From the NCBI GenBank assembly GCA_046566765.1, contig JBKHWA010000001.1, forward strand, positions 1 through 58,766: DNA of 58,766 nucleotides. Direction: 5' to 3'. Both the position numbers and the translations under genes were made by a program. This stretch comes from Gammaproteobacteria bacterium (GTDB lineage Bacteria; Pseudomonadota; Gammaproteobacteria; Pseudomonadales; JADFDG01). The notes beneath the pieces were generated by a model. It saw only the letters and a list, made by a program, of their open reading frames with translations, made no database searches and was not told the DNA's origin. Of this stretch, positions 19,264 through 28,270 are shown one piece after another. Position 1 is the stretch's first letter. Each line of letters begins with the position of its first letter.

Positions 19264-20130
19264 AGGTCCGGCGATACCCGAGTGGAAGTTGGCGTGCTTT
19301 ACGTGGTCGCGACGCCCATCGGGCACCTCGACGACATCGGTGCGCGCGCGATCGCGATACTGCGCGCGGCCGACATTATAGCGGCCGAGGATACACGCCA
19401 CAGTTCCCGCTTGCTGGCCCACGTCGGCGTGGACCCCGGGCGGCTGCTGTCGCTGCATGAACACAATGAGACGGAGCGCACGGAATCGTTGTTGCGCGCC
19501 CTGCGGGAGGGGCGTGCGGTGGCGCTGGTCTCCGATGCCGGCACGCCGCTGGTGAGCGACCCGGGGTACCGGCTGGTTGCGGCCGCACACGCCGCCGGTA
19601 TCCGGGTCAGCCCGGTGCCCGGTGCCTGCGCGGCGATAGCCGCGCTCTCCGCCGCCGGCTTGCCGAGCGATCGTTTTTTCTTCGAGGGATTCCTGCCAGC
19701 GACGGCGGCGGCACGACGCGCGCGGCTGGCAGCACTGCAATCGCTGGTGCCGACGCTGGTGTTCTACGAGGCGCCGCATCGCCTGCTGGCGACGCTGGCG
19801 GACATGGTGGAGGTGCTCGGTGCTGCCCGTCCGGCAACCCTGGCGCGCGAACTCACCAAGACCTACGAAACCGTTCGCCGCGCCACGCTGGCGGAACTGC
19901 ATGACTTCGTCGCCGCCGATGCGGACCAGCAGCGCGGCGAGATCGTGTTGCTGGTGCAGGGCGCGCCGGCGGACACGCCGGCGACCGCACTGGATGAAAC
20001 CGCGTTGCTGAAGGCGCTGGCCGGCGAGTTGTCGGCGACCCGGGCGGCAAAGGTGGCGGCGAAGTTGCTTGGTCGCCCGCGACGCGAGTTGTACCAACGG
20101 TTGCTGGAACTCGGCGCGGCGGACGAATAA
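19258..20130 (+). CDS. rsmI: 16S rRNA (cytidine1402-2'-O)-methyltransferase
   Basis: LYVVATPIGHLDDI..., AEDTRHS, VSDAGTP..SDPG, LARELTK. The TTG at 19258 lies 7 nt after GAGGG. An alternative GTG is at 19282. Confidence 0.9.
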   Translation: MHRSGDTRVEVGVLYVVATPIGHLDDIGARAIAILRAADIIAAEDTRHSSRLLAHVGVDPGRLLSLHEHNETERTESLLRALREGRAVALVSDAGTPLVSDPGYRLVAAAHAAGIRVSPVPGACAAIAALSAAGLPSDRFFFEGFLPATAAARRARLAALQSLVPTLVFYEAPHRLLATLADMVEVLGAARPATLARELTKTYETVRRATLAELHDFVAADADQQRGEIVLLVQGAPADTPATALDETALLKALAGELSATRAAKVAAKLLGRPRRELYQRLLELGAADE

Positions 20131-20135
20131 GTCGC

Positions 20136-20141
20136 TAGAAT
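20136..20141 (+). promoter_or_regulatory. Putative -10 element of the rnpB promoter
   Basis: TAGAAT lies 7 nt before the first P1 nucleotide, followed by GCGCGCC. No convincing -35 was seen. Confidence 0.4.
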
Positions 20142-20148
20142 GCGCGCC

Positions 20149-20522
20149 GTGTGGACCGGCCAGACAGTCGCCGCCAGCGCCTTCGTGCGTCGGGGGAGGA
20201 AAGTCCGGGCTCCGCAGGGCAGGGTGCCAGGTAACGCCTGGGAGGTGCGCCGGTTTCCGGCGTATCGACGGAAAGTGCCACAGAGAACATACCGCCGATG
20301 GCCCGCAAGGGATCAGGCAAGGGTGAAAAGGTGCGGTAAGAGCGCACCGCGCTGCCGGCAACGGGAGCGGCACGGAAAACCCCACCCGGAGCAAGGCCAA
20401 ATAGGGGTCCTATGGCGCGGCCCGCGCCGGACCCGGGTAGGCTGCTTGAGGCGCGCGGTGACGCACGTCCTAGAGGAATGACTGTCCACGACAGAACCCG
20501 GCTTATCGACCGGTCCACACAC
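20149..20522 (+). ncRNA. rnpB: RNase P RNA, bacterial type A
   Basis: Universal blocks GGAGGAAAGTCCGGGCTCC, CAGGGCAGGGTGCCAGGTAACGCCTGGG, GAAAGTGCCACAGAGAA, GGTGCGGTAAGAGCGCACCG, GAGCAAGGCCAAATAGGGG and ACAGAACCCGGCTTA. The P1 stem is GTGTGGACCGG / CCGGTCCACAC. Ends are +/- a few nt. Confidence 0.95.
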
Positions 20523-20705
20523 TTCTTAACTTAGGGTTTCTTATAACAAGAAATTCTAGAACTTAAAGTGCTTTGCGAGAATGCCGTTGCAGGCATCTGA
20601 GCATGCACCGTTTCGGGTACTACGTACCCGCGCCGACCCCCGCCGACACCTCATAAGTCATTGATTTTAAAGGCTCAGTGCATCCGCGCTGCGGCCTTCC
20701 TTTGC

Positions 20706-20735
20706 TTGACGCTGCCGACGGGCGGTTCCTATAGT
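20706..20735 (+). promoter_or_regulatory. Pmra-like sigma70 promoter of the dcw cluster
   Basis: TTGACG, an 18-nt spacer, TATAGT, immediately upstream of the MraZ box array. Confidence 0.6.
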
Positions 20736-20741
20736 GCGCCG

Positions 20742-20771
20742 GTGGGAAAAAGTGGAAAAAAGTGGGTTTTT
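20742..20771 (+). promoter_or_regulatory. MraZ operator: three 10-bp-phased GTGG(G) direct repeats
   Basis: GTGGGAAAAA GTGGAAAAAA GTGGGTTTTT directly after the -10 box. This matches the known arrangement of TGGGN repeats with 5-nt spacers bound by MraZ. Confidence 0.7.
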
Positions 20772-20821
20772 AGGGAAGTCCACGGGGCCGGGAAGGCCTC
20801 TTGCCAAGCGGGTAGCAGCGC

Positions 20822-21274
20822 GTGTTTCAGGGAATCACCTCAGTCACTGTCGATGCCAAGGGGCGACTCGCAATTCCGAGTCGCTTCCGGGAAGGTATTG
20901 CCGACCGTGGCGGCAACACGGTGATAGTAACCGCTCACCAGTACGACGGTTGCCTGGTCCTTTACCCGCTCACCGACTGGGAAGAGATCGCCCGCAAGGT
21001 CACCGCGCTGCCGGATGCCAGTGCCGACGTGCGCAACATCAAGCGCCGTTTCATCGGCCAGGCCACCGACCTCGAGATCGACAGCGCCGGCCGGATCCTG
21101 CTGCCGCAGATGCTGCGCAGTTTTGCCCGTATCGAGAAAGGCGCCGTGATACTCGGCCAGGGCCACAAGCTCGAGCTGTGGTCGGAAGAGCAGTGGGCCG
21201 CCAACGAAAAGATCAACGCCACGCTTGATGACGCCTCGGGTCTGCCCGAAGCCATCCAGCAGCTTTCGTTCTGA
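20822..21274 (+). CDS. mraZ: Transcriptional regulator MraZ
   Basis: GTG start. MFQGITSVTVDAKGRLAIPSRFRE..., two SpoVT/AbrB-like repeats with a DxxxR-type motif. Confidence 0.95.
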   Translation: MFQGITSVTVDAKGRLAIPSRFREGIADRGGNTVIVTAHQYDGCLVLYPLTDWEEIARKVTALPDASADVRNIKRRFIGQATDLEIDSAGRILLPQMLRSFARIEKGAVILGQGHKLELWSEEQWAANEKINATLDDASGLPEAIQQLSF

Positions 21275-21279
21275 CGCGC

Positions 21280-22224
21280 GTGACCTACGAACACCGCACC
21301 GTCCTCCTGAGCGAGGCGGTCGACGCGTTGCAGGTGCGGCCGGACGGCATCTACGTCGATGCCACGTTCGGTCGCGGCGGACACAGCAGGGAAATCCTGC
21401 GCCGCCTCGGCCCGCAGGGCCGCCTGCTCGGCATCGATCGCGACCCGGAGGCGATTGCCAGCGGCGAGTTGCTGGCAAAGGAGGATGCGCGGTTCGCGGT
21501 TGCGCACGGTGAATTCGTCGCGCTGTCGGCACAGGTCGACGCGCGCGGCTGGCGTGGCCGGGTGAACGGCCTGCTGGTTGACCTGGGTGTGTCGTCGCCG
21601 CAGCTGGATGACCCGGCGCGCGGCTTCAGTTTCATGCGCGAGGGGCCGCTCGACATGCGGATGAATCCGCAGGCGGGCGAAAGTGCGGCGGAATTCCTCG
21701 CGAAAGCGGGCGCGGAGGAACTGGAAAAGGTGTTCAGCGAGCTGGGAGAAGAGCGTTTTTCTCGCCGTATCGCGCAGGCCATCGTCCGCGCGCGGGCCAG
21801 TCGCCCCCTGCAAACCACCACCGAGCTCGCCGAACTGGTCGCGGCGTCGATCCCGAAACGCGAGCTCGGCAAGAACCCGGCGACGCGCGTGTTCCAGGCG
21901 CTGCGCATCCACGTCAATCGCGAACTCGACCAGGTGGCCGACCTGCTGGCGCAGGTGCCGGACGTGCTGGCGCCGGGCGGTCGCCTCGCCGTGATCAGCT
22001 TCCACTCGCTGGAAGACCGCATCGTCAAGCGCTTCATCCAGTACCACGAGCGCGGGCCGGAAATTCCGCGCGGCATGCCGATGCCGGCGCAGGCGTACGT
22101 GCCGCGCCTGCGCGCGGTCGGCAAGGCGATCAAGCCGTCGGATGCGGAAGTCGACGCCAATCCGCGCGCGCGCAGCGCGATCCTGCGGGTGGCGGAAATG
22201 GCCGGCGGGGTGGCCCATGGCTGA
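21280..22224 (+). CDS. rsmH: 16S rRNA (cytosine1402-N4)-methyltransferase
   Basis: HRTVLLSEAVDAL, DATFGRGGHS, DLGVSSPQLD, ISFHSLEDRIVK. Confidence 0.95.
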   Translation: MTYEHRTVLLSEAVDALQVRPDGIYVDATFGRGGHSREILRRLGPQGRLLGIDRDPEAIASGELLAKEDARFAVAHGEFVALSAQVDARGWRGRVNGLLVDLGVSSPQLDDPARGFSFMREGPLDMRMNPQAGESAAEFLAKAGAEELEKVFSELGEERFSRRIAQAIVRARASRPLQTTTELAELVAASIPKRELGKNPATRVFQALRIHVNRELDQVADLLAQVPDVLAPGGRLAVISFHSLEDRIVKRFIQYHERGPEIPRGMPMPAQAYVPRLRAVGKAIKPSDAEVDANPRARSAILRVAEMAGGVAHG

Positions 22225-22510
22225 CCGGCAGGACATTGGCATCGCGCGCGATGTGTTGCTGCTGGCCGGCGCGGCAACGCTGGCGCTGGTGTCCGCCGTG
22301 GGCGTGATCTACAGCGTGCACGTTTCGCGGCAGATGGTGAGCGAGTTGCAGTCGCTACAGCGCGAGGGCGAGCAATTGCAGGTCCAGTGGGGCCAGTTGC
22401 TGCTCGAGAAGAGCACCTGGGGTTCCTACGCGCGGGTAGAGCAGACGGCGCGCACCCGGCTGGGCATGTACCTGCCGACGGTGCAGGAAATCGTGGTGGT
22501 CGAGCCATGA
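22217..22510 (+). CDS. ftsL: Cell division protein FtsL
   Basis: 97 aa with a single TM followed by a coiled coil. Sits between rsmH (8-nt overlap) and ftsI (ATGA overlap). Confidence 0.85.
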   Translation: MADRQDIGIARDVLLLAGAATLALVSAVGVIYSVHVSRQMVSELQSLQREGEQLQVQWGQLLLEKSTWGSYARVEQTARTRLGMYLPTVQEIVVVEP

Positions 22511-24234
22511 AGGTCGTGAAGCGCGGCCCCAACCTGCTGCTGCCGGGTCGACTCTGGGTCGTCACCGGTTTGCTGGCTGCCGCCGCGGTGGCGCTGGTGG
22601 CCTGCGCGGCGAAGCTGCAGGTGGTCGATTCCGGCTTTCTGCGCAAGCAGGGCGATGCGCGCAACCTGCGCGTCGAGCCGCTGGCCGCTACCCGCGGCCT
22701 GATCCTCGATCGCAACGGCCAGCCGCTGGCGGTGAGCACGCCGGTGGTGTCGATCTGGGCAAACCCGCCCCAGTTGCTGGCCGCGCGCGACCGGTGGAAG
22801 GCGCTGGCACGCAAGGCCGGCATCGATTACGAGGAGTTCAAGGATCGCGCGCTGCGGGCGCAGGGTCGCGAATTCCTCTACCTCCGCCGCCACCTGGCGC
22901 CGGAAGCGGCGGAAGCGATCCTCGCGCTGAAAGTGCCCGGCGTTTACGGCATGACCGAGTACCGCCGCTATTACCCGGCGGGCGAGGTGGCGGCGCATGT
23001 CGTCGGCTTCACCAATATCGACGACGCCGGCCAGGAAGGCATGGAACTGGCGTGGGAAGAGCGTCTCGGCGCCCGCATCGGCAAGCGCAAGGTGGTGAAG
23101 GATCTTGCCGGCCGCGTGGTCAAGGATGTCGAGCTGATCGAGGATGCGCGCGCCGGCCAGGACATCGCGCTTTCAATCGACCTGCGCATCCAGTACCTCG
23201 CGTACCGCGAACTGGCCGCCACCGTCAGCCAGCACCGCGCCGCCGGCGGCAGCGTGGTGGTGATGGATGTCGACACCGGAGAAGTGCTGGCGATGGTCAA
23301 CCAGCCTTCCTACAACCCGAACAACCGCGCCGACGTGCGCACCGCCTGGCTGCGCAATCGCGCCGTCACCGATGTGTTCGAGCCGGGCTCGACCATGAAG
23401 TCGTTCACCGCGGCGGCAGCGATCGAGAGCGGCAAGTTCCGGCCGGACAGCCTGATCGAAACCTCGCCTGGCAAGTTGCGTGTCGGCGACAAGGTGATCA
23501 GCGATCACCAGGATTACGGCCTGATCTCGGTGACGACGATGCTCACCAAGTCCAGCAACATCGCGGCGACGAAAATGGCGCTGGCGATGGAGCCGTCGCA
23601 ACTGGTGGCGATGCTGCAGCGCCTTGGCTTCGGCAGTGCCACGGTCACCGGTTTCCCGGGCGAAAGTGGCGGTGCGTTGCCGGCGCGCAAGAAGTGGCGC
23701 CCGATCGAGCTGGCCACGCTGTCCTACGGGTACGGGATCTCGGTGACCGCGCTGCAGCTGGCGCAGGCCTACTCGGCGATTGCTTCCGGCGGCGTGTACC
23801 GGCCGGCGACGTTGCTGCGCAGTGCCGGGCCGGTCGCCGGCGAGCGCGTACTCGACGAGAAGATCGCGCGGACGCTGGTGCGCATGCTGAGCACGGTGAC
23901 CACCAACGAAGGCACCGCGTCGCGTGCGCGCATCAACGGTTACAGCGTCGCCGGCAAGACCGGCACCGTGCACAAGCTGACCGGGGCCGGCTACGCCGAG
24001 GCCGACTACCTGTCGCTGTTCGCCGGCATGGCGCCGGCGTCCGATCCGCGGGTGGTGACGGTGGTGGTCATCGACAATCCGCGCGGCAAGGACTATTTCG
24101 GTGGCCTGGTGGCGGCGCCGGTGTTCTCGGCGATTACCGCCGGTGCGCTGCGCACGCTGAACGTCAGCCCGGACGCGGTGGCGCCGCCGACCGTTGCCAA
24201 CAACGGCAGCGCGGCCGCGGGAGGCACGCTGTGA
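22507..24234 (+). CDS. ftsI: Peptidoglycan D,D-transpeptidase FtsI (PBP3)
   Basis: N-terminal TM with STMK, SSN and KTGT motifs. The ATG at 22507 overlaps the ftsL stop. Confidence 0.95.
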   Translation: MKVVKRGPNLLLPGRLWVVTGLLAAAAVALVACAAKLQVVDSGFLRKQGDARNLRVEPLAATRGLILDRNGQPLAVSTPVVSIWANPPQLLAARDRWKALARKAGIDYEEFKDRALRAQGREFLYLRRHLAPEAAEAILALKVPGVYGMTEYRRYYPAGEVAAHVVGFTNIDDAGQEGMELAWEERLGARIGKRKVVKDLAGRVVKDVELIEDARAGQDIALSIDLRIQYLAYRELAATVSQHRAAGGSVVVMDVDTGEVLAMVNQPSYNPNNRADVRTAWLRNRAVTDVFEPGSTMKSFTAAAAIESGKFRPDSLIETSPGKLRVGDKVISDHQDYGLISVTTMLTKSSNIAATKMALAMEPSQLVAMLQRLGFGSATVTGFPGESGGALPARKKWRPIELATLSYGYGISVTALQLAQAYSAIASGGVYRPATLLRSAGPVAGERVLDEKIARTLVRMLSTVTTNEGTASRARINGYSVAGKTGTVHKLTGAGYAEADYLSLFAGMAPASDPRVVTVVVIDNPRGKDYFGGLVAAPVFSAITAGALRTLNVSPDAVAPPTVANNGSAAAGGTL

Positions 24235-25772
24235 GCGCCTTCCGCCCGCAAGCGCGCAGCCTGGCGCTCGGCGAATTGCTCGCCGCCGCCGGCATTGGCG
24301 TGCGCCTCGACGCGCCCGGCGCCGCCCTGCGCGTGACCGGCGTTTGTGACGACAGCCGTATCGTCAGCGCGGGTGATATCTACCTGGCGCTGCGCGGCGC
24401 GCAGGCTGATGGTCGAGTGCATATCGCGCAGGCGATCGAGGCCGGCGCGGTGGCGGTGCTGGCCGAGGCCGACGACAGCGTTGCCGTCGACAGCAGTGTC
24501 AACGGCGTGCCGGTGATCGCGGTGCCGCGACTGCGTGCGCTGGCCGGCGTAATCGCCGCACAGTTCCACGGTGTGCCGTCGCGCCGGCTGGCGGTAGTCG
24601 CCGTAACCGGCACCAATGGCAAGACCACGACCAGCTGGCTGGTGGCGCAGGCGCTCGAGCAACTCGGCTGCCGCGCGGCGGTGATGGGTACGCTCGGCGT
24701 AGGCGCAGTCGGCAACGGGCCGCGCGAACCTCTGCGCAATACCACGCCGGGCGCGGTCGAGTTGCAGTCGCTGCTGGCCGGACTGGCCGATGCCGGCTAC
24801 GGCGCGGTGGCGATGGAGGCGTCGTCGATCGGCATCGAGCAGCACCGGCTGGCTGGTACGGAACTGCGTGCCGCGCTGTTCACCAATCTCAGCCGCGACC
24901 ATCTCGATTACCACGGCACGATGGAGGCCTACGCGGAGGCCAAGGCGCCGCTGTTCTCCTGGCCGGGCCTCGACGGTGCGGTGCTGAACGGCGACGACCC
25001 GCATGCGCTGCAGTGGCTGGCCTCCGGTCGCGTCCGTGCAGGGCGCGTCTATACCTACGGCGCCGCCGGCCGCGGCCACGACATCGAGCTGCTTGACCTG
25101 GCGGCTGGTGAACAGGGTTCGCGACTGGCGCTGCGCGTCGAGGGACAGGCCGTGACGCTGGAAACCCGCCTGCTGGGCGGTTTCAACGCGGCCAACCTGA
25201 TGGCGGTGATCGGCGCGCTGCGCGTGCTGGGTTACCCGCTCGACGCGATCTGCGCCGCGCTCGGCGAGCTGCGGCCGCCGGCCGGCCGCATGGAGTCGTT
25301 CGGCGGCGGTCACGCGCCGTTGTGCGTGGTCGACTATGCCCACTCGCCGGATGCGCTGGAGAAGGTGCTCGGCGTATTGCGCGAACGCAGCACGGGTGCG
25401 TTGTGGTGCGTGTTCGGATGTGGTGGCGATCGTGACCGCGGCAAACGCGCGCAGATGGGCGCAATCGCCGCCCGGCTGGCCGACATGTCGGTGATCACCA
25501 GCGACAACCCGCGCAGCGAGGCACCGCAGGCGATCGTCGACGACATCCTCGCCGGCATGAAGGACTTGCCGCCGGGCCGCGTTCGCGTCGTGCTCGATCG
25601 CGCCGATGCCATTGCCCGTGCGGTGCAGCAGGCGGGCGCGGGCGACACTGTGCTGGTCGCCGGCAAGGGCCACGAGGATTACCAGGAGATCGCCGGCGTG
25701 CGGCTGCCGTTCTCCGATCGCGACGCGGTGGTTGCCGCGCTGGCGGCGCGTGCCGCCGGGGGTGCGGCATGA
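24231..25772 (+). CDS. murE: UDP-N-acetylmuramoyl-L-alanyl-D-glutamate--2,6-diaminopimelate ligase
   Basis: The GTG at 24231 overlaps the ftsI stop (GTGA). GTNGKTTT P-loop and a DNPR motif (ITSDNPRSE). The track ORF from 22794 is an upstream run-on. Confidence 0.93.
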   Translation: MSAFRPQARSLALGELLAAAGIGVRLDAPGAALRVTGVCDDSRIVSAGDIYLALRGAQADGRVHIAQAIEAGAVAVLAEADDSVAVDSSVNGVPVIAVPRLRALAGVIAAQFHGVPSRRLAVVAVTGTNGKTTTSWLVAQALEQLGCRAAVMGTLGVGAVGNGPREPLRNTTPGAVELQSLLAGLADAGYGAVAMEASSIGIEQHRLAGTELRAALFTNLSRDHLDYHGTMEAYAEAKAPLFSWPGLDGAVLNGDDPHALQWLASGRVRAGRVYTYGAAGRGHDIELLDLAAGEQGSRLALRVEGQAVTLETRLLGGFNAANLMAVIGALRVLGYPLDAICAALGELRPPAGRMESFGGGHAPLCVVDYAHSPDALEKVLGVLRERSTGALWCVFGCGGDRDRGKRAQMGAIAARLADMSVITSDNPRSEAPQAIVDDILAGMKDLPPGRVRVVLDRADAIARAVQQAGAGDTVLVAGKGHEDYQEIAGVRLPFSDRDAVVAALAARAAGGAA

Positions 25773-27169
25773 AGATGAAACTCGATGTCGCCGCGCGCGC
25801 CATGGGCGGCACCCTGCGCGGCAACAATGCGGAGTTCACCGCGGTGAGCACCGACAGCCGCAAGCCGATCGCCGGCACGTTGTTCTTCGCGCTGAAGGGT
25901 GCCAACCACGACGGCCATGACCACGTGCCGGCGGTACTGGCCGCCGGCGCTGCCGGCGCGGTGGTGTCGCGCGACGAAGCCGTGCTCGGCGAGCCGCGCA
26001 TCGTGGTCGACGATACGCAACGGGCGCTGGGCCGCCTCGCCGCCGCGCACCGCGCCGCGTCGAGGGCGAAGGTGGTGGCGATCACCGGCAACTCCGGCAA
26101 GACCACGACCCGCGAACTGGTCGCCGCCGTGCTGCGGCACGCCGGTTCCACGCTGGCGACCGAGGGCAACTTCAACAACGAGATCGGCCTGCCGCTGACG
26201 CTGCTGAAACTCGACGCCAGCGACTCCTACGCGGTGGTGGAGCTCGGGCAGGGACGCCCGGGCGACATCGCGTACCTGGTCGACATCGCGCGGCCGGACA
26301 TCGCGCTGGTGACCAACGTCACCGGTGCGCACCTCGCCGGGTTCGGCACGCTGGAAGCGATCGCCGCCGGCAAGGGCGAGGTCTACGCGAAGCTGGCGCC
26401 GGAAGGTGTTGCCATCATCAACCGCGACGATGCCTTCGCCGAGTACTGGTATGCGCGGCTGCCGAAATGCCGGGTGATCGGCTACTCGGTGCAGGAACAC
26501 GTGATGCAGGGCATGCCGGTCGATGTGCGCGCCGAGGGCGCCGTACTCGGCAGCAACGGTTGCGCAAGTTTCACGCTGGTCGCCAACGGCACGCGCACGC
26601 CCGTGACTCTGGCGGTCCCGGGCCTGCACAACGTATCGAATGCGCTGGCGGCTGCTTGCGTCGGCATCGCCTGCGGCATCGCGCCGGCGACGATCGCGTC
26701 GGCGCTGGCAGAAGTACGGCCGGTAGCCGGTCGCCTGGCCGTGCGCACGCTGGCCAACGGCATCCGCCTGATCGACGACACATACAACGCCAACCCCGGC
26801 TCGGTGAAGGCGGCCGTGCGCACGCTGTGCAGTTATGCCGGGCGCCGGCTGCTGGTGCTGGGACACATGGCCGAGCTCGGTGCGACCGCCGCCTCGCTGC
26901 ACCGCGAGGTCGGCGCGTTCGCCGCCGCCGCTGGCGTCGACGCGCTGTACGTGACCGGCGACTTCGCCGCCGACACCGCCGCCGGCTTCGGCAGCAACGC
27001 CCATACCTTTGCCGACGTCGACGCGCTGGTCGCGGCGCTGCGCGGCGAGATCGAAAACGACAATCGGCAGCGCGAGATCACGGTGCTGGTCAAAGGCTCG
27101 CGCAGCGCACGGATGGAACGTGTCGTCGCTGCCCTGACGGGAGAAAAAGATGCTGCTCTGGCTCACTGA
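25769..27169 (+). CDS. murF: UDP-N-acetylmuramoyl-tripeptide--D-alanyl-D-alanine ligase
   Basis: [11 protein letters not shown]-loop, [12 protein letters not shown] overlap with murE. Confidence 0.95.
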   Translation: MKMKLDVAARAMGGTLRGNNAEFTAVSTDSRKPIAGTLFFALKGANHDGHDHVPAVLAAGAAGAVVSRDEAVLGEPRIVVDDTQRALGRLAAAHRAASRAKVVAITGNSGKTTTRELVAAVLRHAGSTLATEGNFNNEIGLPLTLLKLDASDSYAVVELGQGRPGDIAYLVDIARPDIALVTNVTGAHLAGFGTLEAIAAGKGEVYAKLAPEGVAIINRDDAFAEYWYARLPKCRVIGYSVQEHVMQGMPVDVRAEGAVLGSNGCASFTLVANGTRTPVTLAVPGLHNVSNALAAACVGIACGIAPATIASALAEVRPVAGRLAVRTLANGIRLIDDTYNANPGSVKAAVRTLCSYAGRRLLVLGHMAELGATAASLHREVGAFAAAAGVDALYVTGDFAADTAAGFGSNAHTFADVDALVAALRGEIENDNRQREITVLVKGSRSARMERVVAALTGEKDAALAH

Positions 27170-28247
27170 ATACCTCACGCAATTCCATTCCGGGTTCGCG
27201 GTATTCCAGTACCTGACCCTGCGGGCGATCCTCGGCGTGATGACGGCGCTGGTGATCGCGCTGCTGCTCGGGCCGTGGATGATCGAGCGCCTGCGGGTGA
27301 TGAAGTTCGGCCAGGCAATCCGCACTGACGGCCCGCAGTCGCACCTGTCCAAGGCCGGCACGCCGACCATGGGCGGCGCGCTCATCCTGGTCGCGATCCT
27401 TGCCTCGACGCTGCTGTGGGCGGACCTCGAGAACCGGTACGTGTGGGTCGTGCTGGCGGTAACCGCGATCTTCGGCGCCGTCGGCTGGGTGGACGACTAC
27501 CGCAAGGTGGTCGAGAAGAATTCGCGTGGCCTTCCCGGTCGCTGGAAGTATTTCTGGCAATCGATCGCCGGCATCGGCGCGGCGGTCTTCCTGTACCTGA
27601 TGGTCAGGGGCACGCCGGCGGAAATCACCCAGACCACGCTGATCGTGCCGTTCTTCAAGAACCTGGCGTTCGATCTCGGCCCGTTCCTGTTCATCGCGCT
27701 GGCGTACTTCGTGATCGTCGGCACCAGCAATGCGGTGAACCTCACCGACGGCCTCGACGGCCTCGCCATCATGCCGACGGTGATGGTCGGCGCTGCGCTC
27801 GGCGTGTTCGCCTATGTCTCCGGCAACGTGAAATTCGCGCAGTACCTGCTGATGCCGCAGGTCGCCGGCGCCGGCGAGCTGACCATCATCATCGGTTCGC
27901 TGGTCGGTGCCGGCCTCGGCTTCCTCTGGTTCAACAGCTACCCGGCGCAGGTATTCATGGGCGACGTCGGCGCGCTCGCGCTGGGCGCGCTGCTCGGCAC
28001 CATCGCCGTGATCGTCCGCCAGGAAATCGTGCTGTTCATCATGGGCGGAATCTTCGTGCTGGAAACCGTGTCCGTGATGATGCAGGTCGCGTCGTTCAAG
28101 CTGACCGGCAAACGGATATTCCGCATGGCGCCGATTCACCACCACTTCGAATTGAAAGGGTGGCCGGAGCCGAAAGTCATCGTGCGCTTCTGGATCATCA
28201 CCTTCGTGCTGGTGATGATCGGTCTCGCGTCGCTGAAGATCCGCTGA
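27150..28247 (+). CDS. mraY: Phospho-N-acetylmuramoyl-pentapeptide transferase
   Basis: Polytopic. [39 protein letters not shown]. Confidence 0.96.
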   Translation: MLLWLTEYLTQFHSGFAVFQYLTLRAILGVMTALVIALLLGPWMIERLRVMKFGQAIRTDGPQSHLSKAGTPTMGGALILVAILASTLLWADLENRYVWVVLAVTAIFGAVGWVDDYRKVVEKNSRGLPGRWKYFWQSIAGIGAAVFLYLMVRGTPAEITQTTLIVPFFKNLAFDLGPFLFIALAYFVIVGTSNAVNLTDGLDGLAIMPTVMVGAALGVFAYVSGNVKFAQYLLMPQVAGAGELTIIIGSLVGAGLGFLWFNSYPAQVFMGDVGALALGALLGTIAVIVRQEIVLFIMGGIFVLETVSVMMQVASFKLTGKRIFRMAPIHHHFELKGWPEPKVIVRFWIITFVLVMIGLASLKIR

Positions 28248-28270
28248 GAAAAGAGAAAGGGCCGATAGCC

